DNA of 64,000 nucleotides. Source: Alphaproteobacteria bacterium (GTDB lineage: Bacteria; Pseudomonadota; Alphaproteobacteria; UBA828). Of the stretch, positions 28,039-38,087 are shown in pieces; position 1 is the first letter of the stretch, and each line of letters starts with the position of its first letter. The notes under the pieces were generated by a model. It did no database searches. It had not been told where the DNA came from and saw only the letters and a program-made list of their open reading frames with translations. The position numbers were made by a program, and so were the translations under genes. The DNA lies in assembly GCA_965214705.1 (NCBI GenBank), contig OZ243972.1:1632001-1696000 (forward strand), in the 5' to 3' direction.

Positions 28039-28269
28039 TTGAACGAAGCCGCTACGCGGAGTTAGCGGCGTAGAGTTCATTCATTTCCGAGGCGTCGCGG
28101 GTGCCGTTTGTTCTGTGCGTTCGCTTCCCGGTTGCGTCAGTGGCGCTCCGCCCGTCGGGTGGCGGATCCCCAGCAGCCTCCCGATCACCAGTGGTTAGTA
28201 TCGACCCCTGCGACGGACCGTCGCCGGATCGGTCCGGCGGCGCGCCGTCGCGATCCAGGGAGATCGATA

Positions 28270-29148
28270 ATGACCGGGACCGCGTGCGACACGAACACCG
28301 TCACCCCTCTTCGCCAGCGCATGGAGGAGCAGCTCCGCATCGCCAATCTGGCCGCGAGCACGTCCAAGGCCTACATCTGCGAGATCAAGAACCTGGCCAG
28401 GTACTACGACGCCTCGCCGGACGAGCTCGACGCCGAGCAGGTGCGCCAGTGGTACCTGGGGCGGATCGACAAGGGGCTCAGTCCGGGCACGACCAACGTC
28501 TCCTTCGCCGCGCTGAACTTCCTCTACATCGACACACTCGGCTGGCCTGACCATGTCGCCGGCCTGCGCTCCCGCAAGAAGCCCGGCAAGCTGCCGCGCT
28601 ACATGTCGGAGCAGGAGGTCGAGCACCTCATCCTTGCGACACCCGACCTCCGCCACCGTGCTGCCATTGTCACCGGCTATGGCGGCGGGCTCCGCATCTC
28701 CGAGACCTTGGCCATCAAGGTCGGCGACATCCTGTCGGAGAAGAAGCTGCTGCACATCCCCTCCGGCAAAGGCGGCACCGAGAGAATGGCACCGTTGCCG
28801 GACATCGTCATCCACTACTTGCGCGTCTACTACAGGAACATCTGGCCGCGTCCGACGAGCTGGCTCTTCTACGGCGTCTCGCTCGACAGGCCCATCGCAA
28901 CGGAGACCTTGCAGGCCGCCTTCAGGAGGGCGCGCGACATTGCCGAGCTCGACCGCAGCTACACCTTCCATTGCCTGCGCCATTCGGCGGCGACCCATCT
29001 CCTCGAGCGCGGCGGCGATATCGAGGTGATCCGGGACATGCTCGGCCATCGAAGCGCGAACACGACCCGTCACTACGCCCGCGTCACCGGCAAGATGTTC
29101 GAGGGCCTCGACCACCCGATCTCAGGCTTCGCAGCGTTGCGCAACTGA
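28270..29148 (+). CDS. Tyrosine recombinase (XerD-like)
   Basis: GLRISE, GKG, HCLRHSAATHL, LGH, Y catalytic set. Confidence 0.93.
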   Translation: MTGTACDTNTVTPLRQRMEEQLRIANLAASTSKAYICEIKNLARYYDASPDELDAEQVRQWYLGRIDKGLSPGTTNVSFAALNFLYIDTLGWPDHVAGLRSRKKPGKLPRYMSEQEVEHLILATPDLRHRAAIVTGYGGGLRISETLAIKVGDILSEKKLLHIPSGKGGTERMAPLPDIVIHYLRVYYRNIWPRPTSWLFYGVSLDRPIATETLQAAFRRARDIAELDRSYTFHCLRHSAATHLLERGGDIEVIRDMLGHRSANTTRHYARVTGKMFEGLDHPISGFAALRN

Positions 29149-29154
29149 CGGCGC

Positions 29155-29343
29155 GTGGAGGCCGAACGCGCGGGCGTGGCGGAGATCTTCCGCCGCGCCG
29201 GCGCCGCTTTCCGTGAGCGCCACAAAGGGCGCATCGACGCCGCCCGGCTCAAGGTCATGGGCGCCATCGAGGCGTGCCGCACCGCCGTGCTCGGCGGCCA
29301 CATGTACGCCTGCGAGGGCTGCGGGCGCGAGCATCCGCTCTTC
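29155..29343 (+). pseudogene. IS91-type transposase, 5' part
   Basis: Same as the N-terminus of 56412-57653 up to HPLF. Confidence 0.9.
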
Positions 29344-29451
29344 AGATACCATGAGCACGGTGGCACCGAATCGATTCTGGCGGTTAGACAAGCTCGGAGA
29401 GAAGGCCAGCACCTTCTCTCCGAGCGGAATCGTCAACAACGGAGTGGACGG

Positions 29452-30648
29452 ATGTCGGATGGTCCAGACACGACCGCGCTGACAGGCGCAAGTAGTAGCA
29501 CGATTTATGTCGCGGTGGAGATCAGCCTCAAATCGTGGATCGTTGGCGTGCATTGCCCGGATGCCTCGGGTGGCAGCATCAGCATCCACACACTGGCTGC
29601 TGCCGACACGGCGGGACTGTTGGATCTCGTCGGGTCGGTGCGGGAACGGGTGGCGAGGGAGCTCGGCGCCCGTCCTCGGGTGATGCTGACCTACGAGGCG
29701 GGCTACGAGGGGTTCTGGCTTGCCCGCGATATCGAGCGCCGTGACGCGGAGATCGATATCTTCATGAACGATCCGGCGAGCCTGCGGGTGAACCGGCGCG
29801 CCAAGAAGAAAAAGACCGACCGTATCGACGCGAGGAGGATGGTTCGGGCTCTGAAGGCATGGGACCAAGGCGATTCGGAGGCCATGTCCTGGGTGCGCGT
29901 GCCCGATGTGGACCAGGAGGATGCCAAGCGCCTGCTGCGCGAGAGGGACACGCTGATCAGCGAGCGTACCCGCGTCAACAACCGGATCAAAGGGCTCTTG
30001 CAGTTGCACGGCATCTTCGATCTGGCGCCGCGCAAGCCGGACTTCCTCGAACGCCTCGCGACCGCGCGGACGGGCTATGGGGCGCCGTTGCCGCCGCGTG
30101 CGCGGGCAGAGATTGAGAGGGCGGTGGGGATGCTTCGCCTGGTTGAGGAGCATATCGAGATGATCGAGGCCGAGAAGAGGGCCCTGCTGAAGGCTGGCCG
30201 GAAAGCCCAGGACGCGACCAATCGTGACGGGACGGCGATGATCGCGGCGCTTACGCGCATCCATGGCATCGGCCTCAATGACGCCACACTGCTGGCTGGC
30301 GAGGTGTTCTATCGGGACTTCCGCAATCGCCGGGAGTTGGGCAGCTGGGCCGGGTTGACGTCGGTGCCGTGGGCGAGCGGAGATGTCGACCACGATCTTG
30401 GCATCAGCAAGGCCGGCCCCTCGCATGTCAGGAAGCACATGATCCAGATGGCTTGGCGCTGGCTGAAGCTGCAACCGGAAAGCGCGATCACGAAGTGGTT
30501 CCACGCCTACGTCGCCAGGGATGCCGGTGGCGGGAGGGACCGGCGAGCGAGGAAGCGGGCGATCGTGGGGGTCGCGCGCAAGCTGCTGATCGCGCTGTGG
30601 CGCTATGCCACCCAAGGACTGGTGCCTGAGGGCGCCATCGTCTCCTGA
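29452..30648 (+). CDS. IS110 recombinase
   Basis: VAVEIS, YEAG, KTDRID, GIG, GLT...ASG motifs; GGAG RBS. Confidence 0.93.
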   Translation: MSDGPDTTALTGASSSTIYVAVEISLKSWIVGVHCPDASGGSISIHTLAAADTAGLLDLVGSVRERVARELGARPRVMLTYEAGYEGFWLARDIERRDAEIDIFMNDPASLRVNRRAKKKKTDRIDARRMVRALKAWDQGDSEAMSWVRVPDVDQEDAKRLLRERDTLISERTRVNNRIKGLLQLHGIFDLAPRKPDFLERLATARTGYGAPLPPRARAEIERAVGMLRLVEEHIEMIEAEKRALLKAGRKAQDATNRDGTAMIAALTRIHGIGLNDATLLAGEVFYRDFRNRRELGSWAGLTSVPWASGDVDHDLGISKAGPSHVRKHMIQMAWRWLKLQPESAITKWFHAYVARDAGGGRDRRARKRAIVGVARKLLIALWRYATQGLVPEGAIVS

Positions 30649-30980
30649 GGGCACCGGCCGAACGAACGGGAAAATACAGGAGGTTCCGACGTGGTCGGAC
30701 GCGGCCGCGGAGGATGCCGGGCAAGGCGTGTGACCGGGCAAGAGTTGGGTCGCCGCTTGGCACCGTTCTACAGATGGGTCCCGCCTCCCGGAACGTCACC
30801 ACCGCTTGGATGCGGTATTGGGGTCACGGAGCCGGCAAGCGCCGGAGTTCCGAACCGGATAAGAGCTGAGCAGCGTGGCGGATCGCTGCGTGGAAACGAC
30901 GTTCTGCCTGGACATCGGCCGCGGATTCGAGTGGAGAGATTGCGAATGCCATTGACGTAGATGAAGCCGGGCCTTGCGGA
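30649..30980 (+). ncRNA. Candidate bridge/seek RNA in the IS1111 right end
   Basis: Four short segments match target and donor halves in parallel order (see finding); boundaries approximate. Confidence 0.7.
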
Positions 30981-30993
30981 GAGAGCTCATAAG

Positions 30994-32046
30994 AACTCCT
31001 GCCGCAACCGCCACTGCCCCACCTGCCAGGGTCTCGCCGCCAACCTCTGGAGCGAGGAGCGCGCCGGGGACATCCTGCCGGTGCCCTACTTCCATGTGGT
31101 CTTCACCCTGCCCAAGGAGGTTGCCGCCATTGCCTTCTGCAACCGCAGGGTGGTGTTCGACATCCTCTTCCGGGCCGTCGCCGAGACCCTGCGCACCATC
31201 GCCGCCGATCCCCGCCACGGCGGCATGCGCATCGGCGGCACCGCGGTCCTCCATACCTGGGATCAGAAGCTCCGCTTCCACCCGCACCTGCACGTGGTCG
31301 TGCCCAACGCGGGCTTCGACGTAGACAGTGGCGAGTGGAAGACGGGGAGCACCACCTTCCTCGCCCCCGTCAAGGTCCTCGGCAGCCTGTTCCGCCGCCT
31401 CTTCCTCGAGGAGCTCGCCCGCGCCCACGGCCGGGGGGACCTGGAGTTCCACGGCACCCTCGCCCACCTCGCCAATCCCGGCGAGTTCCACGCCACGCTT
31501 GCCGCCGCCCGGGCCAGGGACTGGGTGGTCTACGCCAAGCGGCCCTTCCGCGGGCCTGAGCAGGTCTTCCGGTACCTCTCGCACTACACGCACAGGATCG
31601 CCATCTCCGACAGCCGCATCGTCTCCTTCGACGGCGAGACGGTCTCCTTCCGCCACCGAAAGCCCAAGGCGCCGGGGCAGAGAAAGCCGCGCTACGGCAT
31701 CGCCACCGTGAGCGCCGACGAGTTCATCCGCCGCTTCCTGAGGCACGTCCTGCCGGACGGCATGCACCGCATTCGCTACTTCGGCATCCTCGCCAACGGC
31801 TGCCGCGCCAGCACGCTGGAGAGAGCACGCCAGGCTCTCGGCGCCCTCGGCTGCGCCGCCCCCGAGGGAAGCGTGGACGGCGCTCGGGCCGAGCCCGACG
31901 AAGAGCCCGAGATCGGCACCGCGCCCGTGGCCTGCCCCCACTGCGGCGGCGTCATGCGCCTCGTCCGCGAAATCCGCCGCCGCCATGAGCCCCGCTCGAC
32001 GCGCGGCCCGCCGGCGCTGCCGCCGACCCACAGGGGGAAACCGTGA
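30994..32046 (+). pseudogene. IS91-type Y2 transposase, 3' part
   Basis: SCRNRHCPTC, HVVFT, HPHLH (HUH), YLSHY. Confidence 0.9.
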
Positions 32047-32308
32047 GACGCCCGCTCGCTTCGGCCCCGCGCAACGGCGCCAAAGCGCCGACGCACGACC
32101 GAACCTGTCTCCGCTTGAGCCGGGCTGACAGCCCTCGGCTCACACCCCGCTCAGTCCTCGCAGCGTGCGCCCGCATGCCTGCCGAAAGACCGGCGCGAGC
32201 GTCGATTTTATGCGCAACTCTGCTGCCGGTGGATGCCGCCTGACGCTGACATCAGCGCACTTTCCACATAGCTCAACTTCGCCTCTCGTGGCCCGCGGCT
32301 TCGTTCAA

Positions 32309-32350
32309 AAGGGTTGGGCAGGCTCTCGAGAGAGAGCCTGCCCAACCCTT
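32309..32350. repeat. Perfect 19-bp-stem hairpin at the element end
   Basis: AAGGGTTGGGCAGGCTCTC-GAGA-GAGAGCCTGCCCAACCCTT. Confidence 0.95.
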
Positions 32351-32354
32351 AACC

Positions 32355-32438
32355 TTCTACGGCCCCGGCCACGCCGAGGCGGCCGGCGTTTTCGAGCGCT
32401 CCGGCATCGTCGGCGCATTCGGTGCGAAGCGGCAGTAA
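32355..32438 (+). pseudogene. TbpB-like lipoprotein, 3' part
   Basis: FYGPGHAEAAGVFERSGIVGAFGAKRQ*, in frame with IHGA. Confidence 0.88.
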
Positions 32439-32537
32439 GGGGCCGATGCAGGGACGCCGGAAGGGCAGGCGCGTCCGGTTCGGAGGATGGGCCTGTCCCT
32501 CGGAAAAGACTCGGGGCGAACTCTCAGCCGGTGACAT

Positions 32538-32847
32538 CATGCCCTTCCGTCACCGCGTGACCGAACGAAATCCCGTCCACGCCGTAACCGCTCGGGTCCC
32601 GGGGGACGGAACACACGCGGTCGCTACCAAGGTGACGCAGTCCCGAGGGAACCCGACCGCCGGCGATTCCGTCTCGATTCCCGCCGACCTCGCGCCCCTG
32701 ATCGAGCGAACATTCCGCTACACCTACATGCTCGCCACCAGGATGCGCGACGAAATGGTCGACAACGGACAGGCCGAGGAGCTCGACAAGCTGGTGAACG
32801 AGGCGCGTGCGTCGCAGGCCGACCTCCGCGCGGCCGACACCGACTGA
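32538..32847 (+). CDS. Small hypothetical protein or fragment; start uncertain
   Basis: Protein-like C-terminal half (ADLAPLIERTFRYTYMLAT). Confidence 0.4.
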
Positions 32848-32930
32848 GCCTGCCGACCGGAACCCGGTTCGCCGCCGCGTCCAAGCCGAACTCCCGCCCG
32901 CTTACCGAACCTCCCGACGGAATCCAGGCC

Positions 32931-33533
32931 ATGCCCCCTCTCGTAGACCGTGAGCGCTTGCCGGAAGAGTGGCCCACGAACGCCGGTTCTCCCGCGTTCT
33001 GGGAAGAGCTCGGAAGAACGGTCGCCGCCTTCGGCCACCTCGAAGACATGCTGGCGCGGGCCTTCTTCGGCCTTACCGGGAGCCGCGAATTCGCTGACAT
33101 GGAAGAGGCGGAGGCGGCATATCCCCAATGGGAGAAAGCCCTCAAGGAGACGTTGACCGACACCCTTCACGCGCTCACCGCAAGACTCGAGAAGGCATTC
33201 AAGGACGACGACCGCGTGTCCGACGACATCGCCGAGCCAGTCGTCGCCCGCCTGAAGGCCCTCCGGGTCTGGCGCAATGCCCTGTGTCATGGGGCATGGC
33301 AGGGATTCGCGGCAGACGGAACCTCCTCGCTCCGCTACTTCAGAAAGTCCGCCGTCGGACCCGAGCTCCTGGAAAACAGTCTGACCATCGACGACAACTC
33401 TTCCATTCGCGCCGAGACTGCCGCCCTCACGCTCGACGTCGTGGACATCGTATCCGGCCCTGGCGTCCGCTTTCCGGGCACCGCGCTGCCCGGCATTGAC
33501 CTGGCCGAGTACATAAGAGAGTCGCGAGACTGA
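32931..33533 (+). CDS. Hypothetical helical protein, possibly HEPN-like
   Basis: Protein-like composition; WRNALCH fits Rx4H. Confidence 0.6.
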   Translation: MPPLVDRERLPEEWPTNAGSPAFWEELGRTVAAFGHLEDMLARAFFGLTGSREFADMEEAEAAYPQWEKALKETLTDTLHALTARLEKAFKDDDRVSDDIAEPVVARLKALRVWRNALCHGAWQGFAADGTSSLRYFRKSAVGPELLENSLTIDDNSSIRAETAALTLDVVDIVSGPGVRFPGTALPGIDLAEYIRESRD

Positions 33534-33681
33534 TCTCTACACTTCCGGCTGTCGATAAGTTCGCTGTCCCGACGAGATCGGGATACGCGTACGGCCGGCC
33601 CAAATGGCCACCGTCTATCGACAATACGGCCTTCGATTGAACGGAACGGCGAGCATCCACACGCCTTCAGCGCCTTCCCCA

Positions 33682-34596
33682 TCAATCCCGCTCGTCGGAC
33701 TCCGGGTCGCCTCGCACATCCATCACCAGCATCCGCGACAGGCGCAGTGCCCGAAGCCGTTCCGCGTCCCGACGCGCCATCTCCCTTCCGTTTTCCGTAT
33801 CCGGCTCCACCCGCGCCCGGTCTTCCTCGGTCGTCTCTCCGACGCCGATCCGATCGAACTGCCGGCCCGTGTCTCCGTTCAGATCATCGACCGTGGGCGC
33901 CTTCCATCCCGAACCGTCCGCCGGCTCTTCCAACCCCTCGATCACGACCGCATACGATCGCGGTTGCCTGATTCCCACAAACTCGATGAGATCACCCGCA
34001 TCCACTTCGAAGTACTCGAATTCTCCAAGCGTCAGAATGCCCGGCAAGAACAGATGGTGCCAGGGCTTGCACTTCTCCTCGATCTCGATGAGCCTTTTCG
34101 TATCCTGGGGCACATCCTCAGCACCGGCCAGCAAGCACCCGGTCTCGAGACTTCTGAAGCCTGGCAACGCCTTGTCCTGCTTCCAGAACTCCCGCTGACC
34201 CTCCGTACAGTAGATGCAGTAGACGGGTTTCATTCCGGCCGCGAGCGCGCCGGCTCTCAGCAGCTGGCGCTGCTGCTCGCCGGAAGACTTCACTTCGTGC
34301 TTGATTTTCAAGACCTCGTCGCGCTGAACCCGCTTCGCCTGCACCCGCATCTTGAGGGTCCGCCTTCGCCCGACGATGTGCCATTCCCAGTCGGCGCCGT
34401 TCCGGGACTCGGCGTGCTTGGAGAAGGTGTGAAGATGGACGTGCTCCGGATGCCGCCGCCTGATTTCCAGAAGATTGGTCTCCGTGATGGTCTCTTCGCC
34501 GTAGCTCACCCCGACGCCTTCCCCTTGCGAATACGCCAGGTTGCGCGATGTCGCGTCGCCCAATTCGACGAAGGTGGCGGCCATATCGAACTTCAA
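33682..34596 (-). CDS. DUF6615-like putative PD-(D/E)XK nuclease
   Basis: GEETIT, E..NGADWEW, VQAKR, P.YC.Y; TTGA overlap with the upstream gene. Confidence 0.7.
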   Translation of the reverse strand: MKFDMAATFVELGDATSRNLAYSQGEGVGVSYGEETITETNLLEIRRRHPEHVHLHTFSKHAESRNGADWEWHIVGRRRTLKMRVQAKRVQRDEVLKIKHEVKSSGEQQRQLLRAGALAAGMKPVYCIYCTEGQREFWKQDKALPGFRSLETGCLLAGAEDVPQDTKRLIEIEEKCKPWHHLFLPGILTLGEFEYFEVDAGDLIEFVGIRQPRSYAVVIEGLEEPADGSGWKAPTVDDLNGDTGRQFDRIGVGETTEEDRARVEPDTENGREMARRDAERLRALRLSRMLVMDVRGDPESDERD

Positions 34597-36074
34597 CGGG
34601 CGTCCTCCCTTCCACCGGTCTCTCTTTGCGACCGGGCAGCGGCACCGGGTTCGGCGCGCCTTGCGCTCGGGTTCCCGGCGTCCGCCGCCGCACCCCATTC
34701 ACCTGGCGGACCCTCGCGCAGCAGCTTGAACAGCGACTGCCGCGCAATGTCGAAGCCGTTGACGAACGCCGAATGAACTCTATCCGGGGTCAGCTTGTGC
34801 AACCGGTTGTGAATGATGTCCGATCGCACGCCATGGAGCTCCCGCACGTCGTCACGGATTCTGTTCTCGCTCACCGCATCCGTTCCCAGAAAGCGCGCCG
34901 CGCGGTTGCGCAACTTGCGTCCGATGTTGTTCTCATCCAGCACATACATCCGCTCCAGCGACATCGCCACATCCAGCAACCTGTCAGCGACCGCGAACCG
35001 CCCGCTCCGGGAAAGCGCCTCCGACAGGCGCGTGACGATCGGCGCCATCCTCTGGTAATGTGCACTCTTGCGGCCGCGGAAGGCCTCCTGCGCTACCGCC
35101 AGCGCCGCCGGATCTATCGCCGGGCACTCGTCGAATCCGCTGACGCCCTCCGCCGACCAGCTCCGATAGAAGCCCCGGCTTTGGGTCTCCCGGCCCAGGA
35201 GCCGTCCGGCCGAACCGTCGATGCGGTTGGACAATGTCGCGAGCGGTGCGACCCGCGTTGCGTGACTCACCGCCAGCAAGTCCAGGAACACTGCTGCCTC
35301 CTGGAAGAACGGCGGGGGCGGCGGCCCCAGCGAACCGTTCAATCTGCCCCTTCGGCGGAATTCAGGCCGCCACCGGAACGGCCGGGCCACCGCTCCCACC
35401 GCCCGCCAGCCGTGGAATCCCGCACCTGACGGAGCAAAATCCCCGACCAGGTCCTCATCCGCGAATCGCAGCACTTCTTTGTACGGCAGCAGTACAATGC
35501 CGTCCGCTACCTCGATCCTCTCGGACAGGGCGAGGCCATGGAACAGGAACATGTCGCAAGCCTCGTAGAGACTGCCGAGCGCCTCTGCCGCCGCCCCGTC
35601 TCCCGCAGGCGAAAGGAATGCGTTCAGCTCCCGCAAGGGCCTGCGAATGCGGTCATCCGGCAGCTCCGCGGCGCGCGCCATCAGCCCCGCAATCAAGGTC
35701 CCCGCGTAGATATCCCCGCCGGAACCGGGGATCTCCATCGAGAATCGGTTGTCGCCGATCAAGCGGCCCGTTACGGCCACCCGTTCGAGCACCGGGTGGG
35801 CCAGCAGCGCGTAACGCGCGAGATTGAGAGCCGCGCGCAAGGGCGCGTAGTACGCTTCCAGGCCCCAGCGCCTGGCGTTGCGAACCTCGTCGTAGAGCAG
35901 GCGAAGATCGTCCAGCGGGAAGGGCGGCGGTTTGCCGTCCCTCAGGTCGATCACGCTCGCATGCCGTTCCTGGTATTCGCGAAGATAGGGCTCCTGCACC
36001 TCCGCCAGCGGGGGGAGCAATCGCGCCAGGCGCTCGATCCAGTCCTCGACGTCGAATTCCCGATCGGCCGGCAT
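34593..36074 (-). CDS. ApeA-like HEPN domain protein
   Basis: C-terminal SLERMY...KLRNRAARFLG...VRSDIIH (Rx4H). Confidence 0.75.
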   Translation of the reverse strand: MPADREFDVEDWIERLARLLPPLAEVQEPYLREYQERHASVIDLRDGKPPPFPLDDLRLLYDEVRNARRWGLEAYYAPLRAALNLARYALLAHPVLERVAVTGRLIGDNRFSMEIPGSGGDIYAGTLIAGLMARAAELPDDRIRRPLRELNAFLSPAGDGAAAEALGSLYEACDMFLFHGLALSERIEVADGIVLLPYKEVLRFADEDLVGDFAPSGAGFHGWRAVGAVARPFRWRPEFRRRGRLNGSLGPPPPPFFQEAAVFLDLLAVSHATRVAPLATLSNRIDGSAGRLLGRETQSRGFYRSWSAEGVSGFDECPAIDPAALAVAQEAFRGRKSAHYQRMAPIVTRLSEALSRSGRFAVADRLLDVAMSLERMYVLDENNIGRKLRNRAARFLGTDAVSENRIRDDVRELHGVRSDIIHNRLHKLTPDRVHSAFVNGFDIARQSLFKLLREGPPGEWGAAADAGNPSARRAEPGAAARSQRETGGREDAR

Positions 36075-36147
36075 CGCCGCCCCCTTCCGCGCTCTCCCTG
36101 CGCACGCACGCACCTGCGCGCTGCGCCCGGACGCAGGGCATGCTTAA

Positions 36148-36226
36148 GGGTTTCGCATCGGTGACGCCATGGCCCGGCGCAACCCGGGCAACCTTCCGTG
36201 CAGCCTTTCGCAGCCGGGCTTCTCTC
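36148..36226. repeat. 79-bp direct repeat, copy 1
   Basis: 74/79 identical to 39888-39966. Confidence 0.9.
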
Positions 36227-36399
36227 TCCCGATGCACTGTCAGCGCTTCGCGTGTCGCTTCCACGCGGGATCGAACGCACGCGTCCGAATTCCCGGCGCG
36301 GCGCGTCCTCGCACAAGAGCCATCCCCGCTCGTGGAATGCTTCGAGATTCACGCCGCCAGCGCAGGCCGGTTTATGGACGCGCCGACAATCCAGACTTA

Positions 36400-36890
36400 C
36401 ACCGTCGAGGACTATGTCGTGGGATGGAAGCTCGAAATGCCGAAGGCTGCATAGAAGAACGACACTCGCCATATACCTTGACGGCCTGATTGCCTCGCTC
36501 CGTCCGCTGGCCGAACGGTGTTGGCTGCGCGAACGCACCTCCTCGGCCGGGCGCTGCCGCCCCCACCGAGGGGATGGCGAATAGTACGCGCGCCCGCCTA
36601 AGCCGGCTCCCCGAAGAGGGCGATCCTATCAACGCAATTGGCTACCGCGTCGCCGACTTCTCCTGGGCCACGCTCAAGAGCCGGAGCCGTGAGCGCCGGG
36701 TCGTCGCCAAAGTCGAGTGGATGCCGGGCCGGGACGCCAACCCCCGCTTCGTCGTCGCCTTGCTCGTGCCCGGCCGGATCGGGCCACAGGACCTCTACAA
36801 GCAGCTCTACTGCGCCCGCGGAGACATGGAGAACCGCATCAAGGAGTGCCAGCTCGACCTCTTCGCAGACCGCACCTCGGCGGCCACCAA
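36400..36890 (+). pseudogene. IS1380-family transposase fragment
   Basis: RRVVAKVE, NPRFVV, YCARGDMENRIKECQLDLFADRTS; broken frame. Confidence 0.85.
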
Positions 36891-36928
36891 ACAACACAAC
36901 AACGGGCGCTCGTGAGAAGTTCGGCTTG

Positions 36929-37008
36929 GCATCGATCCCTTTGAGGGTCTGTTGGCGGATCGGTCCGGCGGCGCGCCTTCACGATCGAGGAGATCGATGA
37001 TGACCGGA
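36929..37008 (+). mobile_element. Relic of a related recombinase/IS91 element leader
   Basis: GGATCGGTCCGGCGGCGCGCC...GGAGATCGATRATGACCGG shared with about 28198-28278. Confidence 0.65.
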
Positions 37009-37058
37009 TAACCGGCCGGCGCCGCGAAGGACAGACTTATGTGCGCGCACTCTCGGTT

Positions 37059-38087
37059 TCATCGGAACGGCGGCGAGTAGAGGATGCCACCGTCTCGGTA
37101 AAGCGCATTCAGCCCGCGCGGCAGACCGATTGCCGTTTCCGGTCCAATGAATCGGTCGTAGATCTCGCCATAGTTCCCTTCTGCCGCAATCGCCCGAACG
37201 GCCCACCGGAAATCGAGGCCCAGCATGTCGCCGAGCGAACCTTCGGTGCCGAGCATCCGGTTGATCTCCGGATGATCCGTCCCCTCGGCCATCTCCATGA
37301 CACTAGCCTGGGTTACGCCGAGCTCTTCCGCCGTGATCAAAGCGTTCAGCACCCAGCGTGCGATATCCGCCCACTGGTCGTCACCCTGGCGCACCAGAGG
37401 TGCCAACGGTTCCTTCGAAATGATCTCGGGAAACAGCATGTGTGCATCCGGGTCGGCGAACGACGCCCGGGTTGCCGCCAGGCCGGACGCGTCGGTCGTG
37501 TAGATATCGCAACGGTCCGCTTCATAGGCAGCCCGAGCCTCGGCATTGGTTTCGATCGGCACCGGCTCGTACGACATGCGGTTGACGCGGAAGAAATCCG
37601 CGAGGTTGAGCTCGGTGGTGGTGCCGGTCTGGATGCAGATCGAGGCGCCGTCGAGTTCCCTGGCGCTGGAGATGCCGAGCGCCTTGCGCCCCAGAAATCC
37701 CTGACCGTCATAGTAATTGACGCCGACGAAGGTGAAGCCGAGGTCGGTATCGCGCGAGAAGGTCCAGGTGGTGTTCCGCGACAGAATATCGACCTCGCCC
37801 GAAGCCAGCGCCGGGAAGCGGTTCTTCCCAGTCAGGTTCGTGTAGGAAACCTTGTCAGCATCCCCCAGTACGGCGGCCGCCAGCGCCCTGCAATAGGCGA
37901 CGTCGAAGCCGGTCCAGTTGCCATCGTCGTCGGTGAAGGCGAAGCCCACAACGCCGTGGTTGATGCCACAAGAGAGTTCGTCCTTGGCCATCACGTCGTC
38001 GAGGGTCGCTGCCTCGCCCTGCACCGACCCTGCCGCTGCCAGCGCTGCGGCCGCCGCGATTGCACTCGCGATACTCTTCAATCTCAT
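37059..38087 (-). CDS. aapJ: General L-amino acid ABC substrate-binding protein
   Basis: GFDV.YCRA, LSRNTTWT.SRD, YYDGQGF, GTTTE, ISKEPL, GNYGE, YSPPFR. Confidence 0.9.
   Translation of the reverse strand: MRLKSIASAIAAAAALAAAGSVQGEAATLDDVMAKDELSCGINHGVVGFAFTDDDGNWTGFDVAYCRALAAAVLGDADKVSYTNLTGKNRFPALASGEVDILSRNTTWTFSRDTDLGFTFVGVNYYDGQGFLGRKALGISSARELDGASICIQTGTTTELNLADFFRVNRMSYEPVPIETNAEARAAYEADRCDIYTTDASGLAATRASFADPDAHMLFPEIISKEPLAPLVRQGDDQWADIARWVLNALITAEELGVTQASVMEMAEGTDHPEINRMLGTEGSLGDMLGLDFRWAVRAIAAEGNYGEIYDRFIGPETAIGLPRGLNALYRDGGILYSPPFR

Larger units (their letters stand above)
29344..30993 (+). mobile_element. IS110-family (IS1111-type) element
   Basis: Absent from copy 2; subterminal IR ATGAGC/GCTCAT 7 nt and 3 nt from the ends; no target duplication; long right non-coding end. 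Confidence 0.92.
28039..32356 (+). mobile_element. Tyrosine recombinase + IS91-type element, copy 1 (2668 bp plus a 1650-bp IS110 insert)
   Basis: Matches the reverse complement of 56102-58769 apart from the insert; splits the lipoprotein gene cleanly. Confidence 0.92.

Noticed and set aside
28270-29148. ICE integrase or integron integrase
   Set aside because: It moves with the IS91 unit in both copies, and no attC array is evident.
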